This document shows, piece after piece, positions 49,364-60,790 of a stretch of 64,000 bases of DNA. The position numbers and the translations under genes are program-made. Position 1 is the stretch's first letter. Every line of letters starts with the position of its first letter. Below the pieces are notes generated by a model. That model saw only the letters and a program-made list of their open reading frames with translations, made no database searches and was not told the origin of the DNA. Origin of the DNA: Callorhinchus milii (taxonomy: Eukaryota); the NCBI RefSeq assembly GCF_018977255.1, contig NW_024704742.1, positions 41,914,001 through 41,978,000 of the forward strand, read 5' to 3'.

Positions 49364-50984
49364 ATGTGTGTGCATATGCATGTCAGTGTGGGTGCAAGGT
49401 TGAGTGTGGGTGTGTGGGTTGCGCTACAAAGATTGTTGCAGGAAGAGATTTGTGATGATGATCTTAATGGAAAACACAAGAATAATTCAATTAATTACAG
49501 CAGAATTAGTGGTCGCAGCTCTGGAAAATATCAGCTGGCAAAGGCTTCCATTTGAAAGCCAGACCTCATAAGTCATTAAAGTTAGAATCTGCCAGAGGAC
49601 TGGGAATGATTTCACCATAAGCGGTCGTCAGTAATTTGTCAGTCATGCACAGCTTCACCTTTGTGTCCTATACATAAGAGTTCCTTCTACAGGGGAGAGG
49701 GCAGAGTGCATTCTTATATGCACCAAACCACGACAGGAGAGAACGGCTAGACTCATTTACACAGACTTTTAAGTAGACTTCAAGGTTGCTGTGACTGAAA
49801 CAAAAATATACTGCAACCAAATGTATAGCTGGAAAAGCAAAATTAAACTTTCCCCTAGACATAGAGTTCCAGCTCTGTGATTCATTCTGAACAAATTACC
49901 CAATTAATACTATACCTGCTGTTCGTCAAATGCCACCTGTGTATTCCCACCACATGCAGCACCAGACACGATTCAAATCATGGCCTGAATTAAACAGTTG
50001 GTAAACACGGTCAAACTCAAAGGCAAAGGCAGTTTGCTCCTCAAAGTTAAAATATGTTCTCCTCAGATCTCTCGGGTTCTTAACTCCCAGGCTAAGTCAC
50101 AGCATGGTCCATTTAATTCTGGTGTGCTCAGTCACTCAAAGAGCTCTCTTTACGCTGTCTGACTGGATGCAGTAACTTCCACATTGCAGGGCTGCATAGT
50201 GACAGGCTTTCAACCTAGTGCTTCTTGAAGGCCTCACAAGGATTCAGAAAGCAATGAGGATGCATGGCCAAATGTTTGATTTTATCCAACGTGTATTTCA
50301 GCTCCAAAGTCTATATGCAAGTTAATGGGAAATTCACTGAGCATATATCTCTCTCTTGGTAAGGCAAGGATATCCCATGTCAATCACTCTATTCAATATA
50401 TTCATTAGTGATGTATGGTTCTGTTTGTAGAGCATATTGTCTCATCAGTGGGACATGAAGCAGGCCGCTGTTGGCAGGAGAAGTCCCCCAAACAACCATG
50501 AGGTAAATGACCAATTTATCTTGGGGATTGTTGGCCAGGAAACTGGAGGAAACCTGTGGGATCTTTGTCTTAATATTACACCAGAGGCAGAGTTATACAC
50601 CTCATGAAAGGGTGTAATGCTATTGTGTTTCATACTCAATGACATAACCAGCCTACAGATGTCAGTGTATAGGAGACGTGATAGTGTCACACAACCATCC
50701 CATTCTGGTAATTAGAATGATATCACCATGAACTCGGGATCCTGAACAGTGACACAATCTACCTCCAGAGTGCAGTTTCCAAGCACCAGTGCGACTTGGA
50801 TTCCTTATGAGAAATATTAAGAAATGCTGTACCACAAATTAGATCCTTGTATTTCTATTGTAAAACAAAAAATGCATCAATTCTAGAATATACTCGCCAA
50901 GGAAATAATGACTGTTTGACTATGTTATTAAATTTGCAAGAGTTATTTGTTGCATTATATGTCGTTTATTGCTTATTAGTTATT

Positions 50985-51368
50985 ACCTTGTGGTTAAAGC
51001 ACTTACATCGCAGTGAGTGGACCTGGGTTTGATTCCCGGGCAGGGTGAAACGTTGAGCGAGTTTCCTTACTCCACATGCCACTGTTTACCTAGCAGTAAG
51101 TAGGAACCCAGTTATTATTCGATTGGTGGATTACTTTGCCCTTCAAAACATTTGATATAATTACATGAATTAAAATTTAAAAAATAATAATAATACGGTC
51201 ACTCAATCCACGACTGTTTGTGGGACACTGAAGTCCACAATTGGCTGCTGTGTTTCGCTCACAAAATATACAATCAATTCACATTACTTTATATTCTGTG
51301 AAGCACTATGAGACGTCTCGAAGATGTGATAAGGCGCTATAACAAATGCAAGCAATATTATTATTGTA
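50985..51368 (+). mobile_element. tRNA-derived SINE, long form
   Basis: gtggttaaagcact...cctgggtttgattcccgggcagggtgaaac...gtttacctagcagtaagtaggaacccag...tttgtgggacac...aaggcgctataacaaatgcaag. Confidence 0.88.
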
Positions 51369-51831
51369 TTACCTGGCAATCCTCCTAAAGGCTCAGTTTG
51401 TGCATTAGTCTTGGTCCTGTATCTCATCTAAAAGGAGTTCAGAGTGTAACTTCTGCAATGTCTCAACAAGCTATTTGATAGGATAAATATGTTGTGATCA
51501 ATCGACAAAACTTTGATGTACAATCTGGGCTGGACATATTGCTTAATCTCAGAATTTAGATGAAATCAACTACCATTTATTGTAACACGCTGTTCCCATA
51601 ATGAAAGAAATACATGTTTCGACCCAAACTAATATTTCAGAGAAATGACTTGTGAACGGTGATTCAAACCAGCAAAACTAAATGTACAATACAAAATTAC
51701 ATTTGTATACAAATTTGTGCTGACACTTCTGATTTGAAGTGAAAACACGATTATCCAGCAAAGTACAATCTAATGTAATGACTTTTTATTTGATCAACTG
51801 AGTAACTGAGACATGCGGAAACCAATCAGCA

Positions 51832-52095
51832 AGCCAGACTGAAGGTGCCACATATGTATGCTATGTGCACATGGAAATTTCCCTATGTCTGGAATGGAAT
51901 GCATACTCTTTCCCTGGAGGGACTCATCCTGCTTATCACATCAATTTTACATTATATAGTACCTTTCACATCAGGAGGATGTCTCAAATTTTGGAGTTTA
52001 TTAGGCACATATTGGCAAGAGGCAAGGCTTGGGAACCCCAGAGTGTGCATTGGGGTATTGCTGGAATTTAACCAGCTAAAACTACACAGCTTGAT
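51832..52095 (-). repeat. Unnamed old repeat (family B), inverted relative to 53578-53845
   Basis: ccagactga...ccacat.tgtatgc...tggaaatttcc.t.tgt.tggaatggaatg.atact...ttggcaagag.caagg.ttg.gaacc.cag...gtattgctgga.ttta aligns with the reverse complement of 53578-53785. Confidence 0.7.
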
Positions 52096-52449
52096 ATTGC
52101 GAAGACTGTCTGGCAAACTTCCCGATGCACCCCTGCCCATGAGGGCTTTGGCTTGCAAGGTTAAGAGGTGCCATGTGGGAAGAAACCCTGTTTCCAATAA
52201 ATACAATGAGTACAGTAAAATAATTATATGTAAATTACTTAATTAAATAATTCATGTAATTATATCAAATGTTTAAAAACCTTCACTTCTCTGGAATACA
52301 TCAAAATACAAATTTGACTTCAATATTACTTGGCATAGTTTATTAAACCGTCTTCGTGATATTTTGTGTCTTTGACCAATTTGTTTCAAATCTGTGAAGT
52401 CCTTTGAGACTGTATTTTGTGAAATATTCTAGTTATTCTAAAGAGTTCC

Positions 52450-52625
52450 TACCACTATCCAAAACTCTGCAGCCCATGCCCTTTATTTAACTCATAAGGC
52501 TCCATGAGACTATTACCCCCATCCTTGAATAGCAGCCCGTCCCCTCGTGGATCAAGTTCAAGTTCCTTGTCCTCACCTTTAAAACCCTTCACAGTCTCAT
52601 TCCACCCTACCTCTGCAACTACATA
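52450..52625 (+). mobile_element. L2 ORF2 C-terminal fragment
   Basis: IQNSAAHAL..ETITPIL..WIKFKFLVLTFKTLHSLIPPYLC. Confidence 0.8.
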
Positions 52626-53577
52626 TTGGACTGCCCCCTCACAGAATCAACACAGTGAACTATTTCCCATCGTATTTCAGCTGCGAAAGTCATTTCCAGT
52701 TTGGCATGTACCAATCATGAGCAAATAGTTATGACATAAAGGAATTGCCCTGAGGTAGCTTAATTGCACCAACTTGTACTTTTTGAGGTCTTGAGATTTT
52801 TTGTATTATCATTAAATAAATAATAGAATAAAAAAGACATTTTGAGACATGTAGTGAAAGAAGGAACTCTAGCATGGAGTTTTAGAGAGCAGAGGCGGAA
52901 TGGCTGAATACAGGAAATTAAGCCAGACAGTATTTGGTGAAATAATGGCATTTAAATATTGAAGTGTTGCAATCCATTACAATTTACATTTATACTGCGC
53001 CTTTCATATCAGGAGGACATCCTACCATGCTTTAGGTTGGAGCAGTGATTTCAGCTGATCTAAGCAATGTGCACCTCCTGATTCAATATCCCTTTACCTC
53101 AGATCTCTATCTTCCAGTCGAAGTAACTCTCCACAGACACATGTGCTGCCCCTTCAGAATGAAGGTTCATATTTTTAAAGTCTTTTTCCAGCTGTGAAGT
53201 GCATTTCCTGCTGACAGTGTTGTCTGCAGCTCTTTAGGCCAGATGCCAATATGAAGAATTTGTACCATTTATGTTTTTGTTAGAATTCCCACAGTAGGAA
53301 TAATCCTTCCATAAAGAATACTCTGTATGTCTGTCACAGGAGCTTAGCTTTTCAGCTAAGAACTTATTGCTTGTTCCCTTTTTTATATAGAGGCCTGTTA
53401 ATTAATCATTTTGAAGATCAGTTAATCCTGGAAACAAAGGACATATAAATGGCAGCTCACCAGTAAGATCATATAGGAAACCATTTGATCACAAAAACGG
53501 CCAATATTTGTGGACAGAGATAATACCTTGTGGAGTACGTTAGTAATATAGGGGCTAGATTTGATGTTTGCTGTTTG

Positions 53578-53845
53578 ATACAAGCTATGCAACTTTAAAC
53601 TCCAGCAATACACCAACACGTTCTGAGGTTCTCAAACCTTGGCTCTTGCCAACATATGCCAAATGCTCGCTGAGATAAGGTAAATTGTGTGGATCCTTCC
53701 AGAGAGAAAGTATCCATTCCATTCCAAACACAAGGAAATTTCCATATGTTGGTGGCATACACATGTGGAACTGTCAGTCTGGTTTAGATACTCTTAAACA
53801 CGGTGATAGGTTTCTGCATATGTCAGACACCGGCTGACAAAACCA
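53578..53845 (+). repeat. Unnamed old repeat (family B)
   Basis: Matches 51832-52095 in inverted orientation and 35380-35485 in direct orientation. Confidence 0.7.
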
Positions 53846-54879
53846 AATTGCATAATGCTGTTGCACCATAGCATACAGTGCACTGTACATGTAACACACG
53901 AATGTTGGGACATCCTCCCGATGTAAGAGGTGCTATACAATGTAATTTTGTTGTCGCTGTTAGTTTCTTTTGAGCCATGATGATATTTGTTTTGGATTTC
54001 AGCATTCTCAACAATTATGCGTAACATCCCATTCCAGCGGAAATGCATGGAGTTCCTGCAAAGTGCTCAGCTTGGAAATGTTTCTATATGCTATTAAACT
54101 GTAACACTAAAATGTTTAACACATTTGAGAGAAAAATACAGAGACTGAGAAATTAACAGTGAGCTGAATCTACTTAAGATTTGTTCCAAGGAAATATGCT
54201 AACACTGATCTGGAAACCCAAACTAAACCTCCCTGATCAGATGTTTCTTATCCACTTCAAATACTAGTTTGTGAGAAGACACAGCTGATGCAAATTACAC
54301 TGCACCATTGCATTTTAATAAGTTGATTGCTAAACAACAATTTACATTTATTTAGAGTCTTTTTGTCTGGGGATATCTCAAAGTGCTTCACGGAGTTAAC
54401 TGGGAATCTGAGGTGAAGGGGAGAGCTGAGGAAGGTGGTGGGGAGAAAAGTGACCAAAAATGATCACAAGACTGTTAGATCAGTCTTGTGGTGATATTAT
54501 AGCTTCTGTTTCAGCTTTCAGATCCTCGTTAGTCAAGCCATTGTAGCTTTTTTTATATATATCTAGGCCTTGTTCTTTCATTTCTCTTGGCAATTGATAA
54601 TGCATGATTTTATTCTCCCATTTTTTTTCTACAAGACATCATTTTCTTTTTAAGGACAATTTTCACTTCCACGAGCCATTTTTATTGGTTCAGATGAGCT
54701 ACTTTCTACTTCTTTTTGATGGATGTCATATTCATATGTCATGTTAATGATAAATTACTGTATTATTATTGCGTAATAGTTTATTGAGTTTTTCCTTGTA
54801 TTAGTTCCAAATTTACTATCACTGATTTCTATTTCTGTTCCCTGCTCCTACTGTCATATCTTATCATTGAAGTAATAGT

Positions 54880-56270
54880 ATAGGTACACCAAATGCATAC
54901 CTTTTTTCAAGTTCAATGTGATTCCCCATTAATCACCTTCTTTCCAGCCTCTAAAATCTTTCTTCATAGCTTATCCTCTTTATCATGGGATCAGTGTTGT
55001 TGCTCTTTTCTGGATTTCTTTACTGCCAGTATAGATCATTCTTGGCCAAAAATACAACATAATTCTTAGGGTATCTGGCCAGCACATCGCAAAGCTTTAG
55101 CATAAATTTAAGGTAAAATCATAAAACAATATACATTACTGCAATGGAGGAGACCATTTAAGAGCACCAATACACTAGTCCATGTGAAGGGTGCTATATA
55201 AATGCATATGCAAGTTGTCATTGCCATTCATCCCATTAAGGCTAATGTCTCTAATCTTTCCCCATACCTCCCTCCTCTTATATTGTCTTCTTGTATTCTT
55301 ACACTGCTGTGCGCAATTGGTTGCCGGGTTTCACCCACAAAATATACAGTCAATTCACTAAAGAGAATATTCTGTGAAACGCTTTGAGACGTCTCAGAGA
55401 CATAATAAGGCAACGATAAGGCAAGGGAGATGCAGATCGAATGCAAGGATTATTATTATTATTACATAACCGAACATGATTTTACGCTTTTCTAAACTAT
55501 AGTACATTGTCTAGACATTGAAAGTGACATGCCTAATACTACTCCAGATCCCTTTCTAAATGGCCCTGCCCTAACATGAGTCTTTTCATTTTATACCTAT
55601 ATTACATCTCACTAACAGCATTTTAATACCTCTGTGTGCATACTTTAAAACTGATGGTGTTAAATGTAATATGCCAGTTTATTTATCTAAACAAGCTAAA
55701 TCTTTTTGCAAATTTTTTGTTGTGTCCTCTATCTGTTGCTTTGCATATTATTTTTATATCCTCAGCAACTCCGACCACCTTCCGGTTGTTTTTGGAATTT
55801 AGATTAGATTAAAAACAAACAGGGTTCAAGCACCGATTATTGTTGCACTTCACTCAGCAGTTTTCCCTATTTCCCTGATATTATACTTCTTACAAGCACA
55901 CTCTGTTTCTTAGTTTTAACCCCATTCTTATCCTGTATCTTAAGCGGAAACTTTTGAAACGCTGTCTGAAAGTCTAAATATCTGTAGCATTCACAAAGAT
56001 GTCAAGGAGGTATGAGCTTCCCTTTCTTTGCTAGCTGTTTCTCATTAAGTTATTGCTGTACAGGTACTCCAAACAGGTCCTTTGAATGAATTCCATTATT
56101 TACATGTTATTCATGTTGGGCTAATGGGCCTCTAATTACCTGAGTCATTTTAGTTGCTGTTTCACATGTGGGGACTACATTCAATGATTCCAGTTGGGCA
56201 GAGCCTCACCACTGATCAGTACTTACTGCCTCAGACATTTCTTCCCTGGACTCCTTCAGCACCCAAGGGC
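54880..56270 (-). mobile_element. Old CR1 RT region with nested SINE/L2 tails
   Basis: Minus-strand YLDFQTAF (55957-55980), VPQGSVLGP-like (caagcaccga...gcact.cactc) and AED (tcctcagca). SINE 3' half nested at about 55300-55465. Confidence 0.6.
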
Positions 56271-56349
56271 ACTTAACCTTTTGGACTACGTATATATTAG
56301 TTTTAAATCCCCCCCTAACTAAACAAATATAGGACAACCTTGTTATAAC

Positions 56350-56540
56350 AAAGGTCTTCACTCAGAGGGTAATTAATGACTGGAACAGGTTGCCAGGAAG
56401 GGTGGTGGTTGAGGGCAGAACACTGGACTCGTTTTAAAACAAAACAACTCTTGCTGCTGTGATGGGGGTGACAATAGGATGGGTATTCTGGAGGGATTTG
56501 GGTATTCATTCAAACCAATTTTGTTATCTTGTGTGATCTT
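56350..56540 (+). mobile_element. CR1 3' end fragment
   Basis: ttcactcagagggtaattaatgactggaacaggttgccagg (FTQRVINDWNRLP). Confidence 0.8.
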
Positions 56541-56789
56541 GTCTGACTCAGGGTTATAAGAAAACATGAAAAAACATGTTGCATTGTTGGCTTGCTGCTG
56601 ACATCACTTACTTTGCAAATTGATGTCGGCAATGCTTCCAGATAAATTGATCATACATTCCATAACTCTTATTAGAACTTTCTTGTATGTAACTTAACCA
56701 ATGCATTTGCCCACAGATATATCATCACTACATTTAACAGTAATTACCCGTGAAGTGCTTTTTCACATTTTAATAATGTAAGAAAATCA

Positions 56790-57180
56790 AAATGCTTGCA
56801 TTTGATACAGTGCCTTACCACATCAAAACTTTTCAAAGTGTTTCACAGAGTGTTCTGTAAAGCGTAGTGATTGTTTATTCAGCAGCTAATTTTCACAAAG
56901 CAATGTGCCATAAACAGACATGAAGTGAATGACCATTTTTTTTCTGGGGGATTTTTGCCAGAGACACTGGGAGAAACTCTCTTCTCTTTCCAAAAAATGG
57001 AATCTTTAACAGATCTGAACAGGCAGACAGGATCTCAGTTTATCCTTTTATATGAAGGACACGTCCCAGTGTCTTGGGACATCCTCCCAACGTGAAAGGC
57101 GCTGTACAAATGTAGTTTTGTTGTTGGTGACATCACCTTTGACAATGCAGCACTCCCCACGCACTGCCCAGGTGTTGTAT
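56790..57180 (-). mobile_element. Deu-domain SINE with a nested plus-strand L2 tail (about 57070-57126)
   Basis: cttgcatttgatacagtgcc...gagacactgggagaaactc...tgaacaggcagac...gacaatgcagcactccc. Confidence 0.75.
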
Positions 57181-57204
57181 GAAATGTAAGGATTCTTATG
57201 GGCA

Positions 57205-57979
57205 CAGTGACTCTGTATAATTGCATGGAGTCAGGACTGAACAGACACCATGCAATTATACGGAGTATGCAAAATTTATTAAAGTCGCCACCTTCCTGTC
57301 GCTCTTCACGGTGCCTCTCTTTATACCTCCTACACTGTTACTCTCCATGCATGCTGTCTCTCTACCATACATACGCATTTCACGCTGTCAACTGCTCAAC
57401 CAATGCAATTTTCCAAACTAATTTTCCAGATACAAATTAAATCAACTGGTTATTTTCAGGCAATTAAGCAAATTATATTAGTCTGTGTCAGTCTGGGACT
57501 TGGAATGACATAGTTTAAGCTGAAACTCCATTGCAGTGCCAAGAGTGAACTGCATTGTCGGAGTGAATGAGACGTTAAACCAAGGTTCTGGTGGACATTA
57601 AAGATCCACGGCACTATTCGAAAAGAGAATGGAGTTTCTCCCTGTGTCCCAGCCAACATTTCCCAAATAAAATCACTCATTCCATGGCTATTTATAGGAC
57701 ATTGCTGTGCCCAAAACTGGCTGCTGCATTTCGCCGACAAAGTACAGGGTCAATCCATTTTACAGTGTATTCTATGAAGTGCTTTGAGACATCTCGGCAA
57801 TGTGATAAAGCACTAGATCAAATGCAAGGATGATGATGATTATTATGCAATAATTTGATATGCATTTGAGTGGAGTACAATACCATGCAAACAAATAGCA
57901 AATTTTCAGTACCTAGAAATTGCTATGTAATTAAATGGAATACGCAATTATCTGATATACAATTAAGTGGAGTGCACTA
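57205..57979 (-). mobile_element. Tc1/mariner (Tigger/pogo-like) MITE, copy 2, split by a SINE
   Basis: 57205-57478 and 57843-57979 align in reverse complement to 37786-38266. Ends are cagtgactctgtataattgca and ggagtgcacta followed by TA. Confidence 0.75.
57480..57845 (+). mobile_element. Deu-domain SINE inserted in the MITE
   Basis: ctccattgcagtgcc...ctgcattgtcggag...tgagacgttaaacc...ggtggacattaaagatcc.cggcactattcg...atcaaatgcaaggatgatgat. Confidence 0.85.
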
Positions 57980-58799
57980 TACTGCGCTTGTAATTGAATA
58001 ATTAGTTAGTAATATGGCTGGGAAAGGCTTAACCATGGTGTATGATGTTCTGCACAGATTGCAGCAGCCTGAGGGTTAACCTGAAAATGAGAAACATAAG
58101 ACAATCGCAATCACATTGCAAACTTCATGGGAGCTGCCAAGGTCAGGATCTCCCTCAAATTAAAAAATAAAATCAATGTTTGAGCCTATCTTCCCTCAGG
58201 GAAAGAATCAAAGTATGTCCATGTTGGCTCTGCTCAGGAAACCTGAATCATGAATACCCGACCATCAAAAAATAACTGCCTTTTCTAAATTAGCTTATCT
58301 CAGCTTTCAACCCACTGAAAAACAACAGAACTTAATTTCAAGTGTCCTGTATGTTGTGGTTAATGGTTATTCTCAGTAATCCAATAAAGCGGGTAGTGTG
58401 ACATCATGCATTTTTGTTGTTTTTATCATTTGAACCCAGAGATTATATTCCTGCCTTTTAAATTTCTGAGTGGTATTAATTTCTGTTAATATAAATATGG
58501 CTGTGATTTTCCCTTACATAGTATCTTAAGGTTTTAGTGCCATCTCTTTGCCACTTTGTGGGTGATCGTGTGATAAAGGAGTTGAAGCTAAATTGGTTTT
58601 ATGATATTGGATCTGTTGGAAGATTTGATGTGTGATGTAGGTCTGATGGTACATTGAATTTGTGATGCAGCAGCTCAAGGAATATTAGATTTGTGAAAGG
58701 TGAGTAAATTCAATTTGGAATGTAGGTTTTGCATATTTCCAAATGATTCTTGTAATCAGTGAGTTACAGAGAAATTTACTGCCTTGTATATATTCAGAT

Positions 58800-58980
58800 A
58801 CCATGCCCCAACCTCTGGAACTACCTCCCTCTACTCCTCCATCTCGCCTTCTCTCTCTCTGTCTTTAGATCCTGCCTCAGCTTTCTGGAACTCCATCCCA
58901 GAGTCTCTCTGTCCTGACCCCTAACATCCCTTATTTAAAACCCATCTCAAGACCTTTCTTTCCAACTGCACTTTTAGTCA
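58800..58980 (+). mobile_element. L2 3' fragments
   Basis: ctctggaactacctccc, ctggaactccatcccagagtc and aaaacccatctcaagacc. Confidence 0.65.
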
Positions 58981-58989
58981 TACATGTAC

Positions 58990-59225
58990 CTTGCTGCCTG
59001 TGCATGTATATGGATGCTGGGTGAGAACAGGGCTGGGTCTAGCTATGATAACTGCTGGAGTCAAAATGTGGCTAGAATCATTATTAAGGCTTTAACACTG
59101 TCAGGGTCTATTTCGGCAAAGTATTGGAGAACAACTGTTCCTTCTGCAACTGAACCTCAGTGGAGAGTTAACGCTTTCAGGTGGAAGTTGCCAAGAGAGA
59201 TTTGGCAAGAAGGTTGGTGAGAAAA
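58990..59225 (+). repeat. Old unnamed SINE-like dispersed repeat (family A)
   Basis: tgtgcatgtatatgga...gggtgagaacagg.ctggg.ctagct.tgat...cactgtc...ctttcagg. Confidence 0.55.
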
Positions 59226-59446
59226 ACTATTTCAAAAACATTTAAATTTACACTTGGCACATGCAGTTGAAATAATCTTGAGGTGTCGGCATCCACATGA
59301 TAGAAACATTTTTACAATTATTTTGCAGCTGTTTGTTGACTCACATTCCATAACATTAATAATTAGTTTTTTTTGGTTTGGCTGCTGGTGGTAAATGTGT
59401 ACACAGCTTGTTGTATATAATATTTACTGGAACTGTACTTGTGTGT

Positions 59447-59880
59447 CAGCCTGGCTCAGTTGGTTGCATTCTCAACTCTGAATCAGAAGATTGTGGATTC
59501 AAGCCCCATGTCAGGCCTTGGAACTCATGCTGGGGGGTGCTGCTTTGTCAGAGTTGCCATTCTTCAGATAAGACATTAAACCAAGACCCCATCTACATGT
59601 TCAGGTGGACGTTAAAATTCCTAAGGCACAATTCAGAAAGAGAAGAGAGTTTCTCCCAGTTCCCCGGTCCCTTCGCTTCACTCCCTCCCTTATCCTTCAA
59701 AGCCTGTCTCAAGACCCTCCTCTTCAAAAGCACTTTCGATCACCCTCCTACCTCTACCCTCCCTGCCCTCCACCACTCATGATCCCAAACTCTTGCACTG
59801 GTCCAAATCTCTGACTGTCCAGCACCTTGGGACGTCCTCCTGATGTGAAAGGTGCTATACAAATGTAATTTCTTGTTATT
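59447..59880 (+). mobile_element. Deu-SINE 5' part joined to an L2 3' end
   Basis: Head cagcctggctcagttggttgcattctc..ctctgaatcagaag and Deu motif to about 59660, then ccttcaaagcctgtctcaagaccctcctcttc...cttgggacgtcctcc.gatgtgaaaggtgctatacaaatgtaa. Confidence 0.8.
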
Positions 59881-60464
59881 GCCAAATCTCCAAATGGTAT
59901 TGATCATTCTCTTCATGGTTGCTAGATTTACAGTCATTGCATGTTACAATATGTTCTGTGAAACACTTTCAGAAGTCCTCCTAATGTGAAAAGCTCTATA
60001 TTGATTGTAAGGACTATTATTATTTTTACAGACCTGTCTGTGTATATTTAGAGAATACACACAGTTTTCTTTATTTCAGCTTTTAATTATTTTAACATAA
60101 ACGTATTTGTTTTTATTTTACAGGTCCAGTTCACCCCTGCTCTGCTCTAGAGGCATTAAATGAAACCCAGTGATCATTGGTTTGGCTTCCCTGCATGTAT
60201 TTTGCTTAATGAGGTGCTTTTGCAGTGAAAAACCATCTCCTGTTCTAGCACCTGCTTCGTGGAGCTGAAAACTAACAAAAAAAACACAGCACATCTGTGC
60301 AAATTGGACATTTGAAAAGACTAGCAAAAAGTACAACAGTAGACAAAAACACCCTCTAGAGAAATCCAAAATACATTTTCAGGGCAGCAAGGTGTTTGAC
60401 AGCCTGTCTGTTTGATAACAAAATGAGGCGTTTTACTTATATTTACTTCTAATGGGTATATGGA

Positions 60465-60790
60465 TCCACAGGCAGTGGTCACCCTCCTATATTTCATCTA
60501 ACTGGCTTTGATTCATGCATAAGCCTCAACAGTGAGTGTTTATAGGTTAATTCATATGGTGATGGTGGGGTCGGTGGGGTAGATCACAGCCAAACTCAAT
60601 CCTGTCGCCCTGATGTTCACACCACACACATACATGCTTTATTGCATGTCAGATGGTTTTCCCCTCCTGTGAGCAACTGTAGCACACAGGCTGATACCAG
60701 CTAACACAAAGTAAGATTCAAACCCGCAAGCCTGTACAGTTTAATGAATTACTAAGGCAGTGCTATTACCCACTGGGACATCAGAGAAGT
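60465..60790 (-). repeat. Old unnamed SINE-like dispersed repeat (family A)
   Basis: ttcatgcataagcctcaacagtgagtg...atcacagccaaactcaatcctgtcgccc...acacacatacatgc. Confidence 0.55.
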
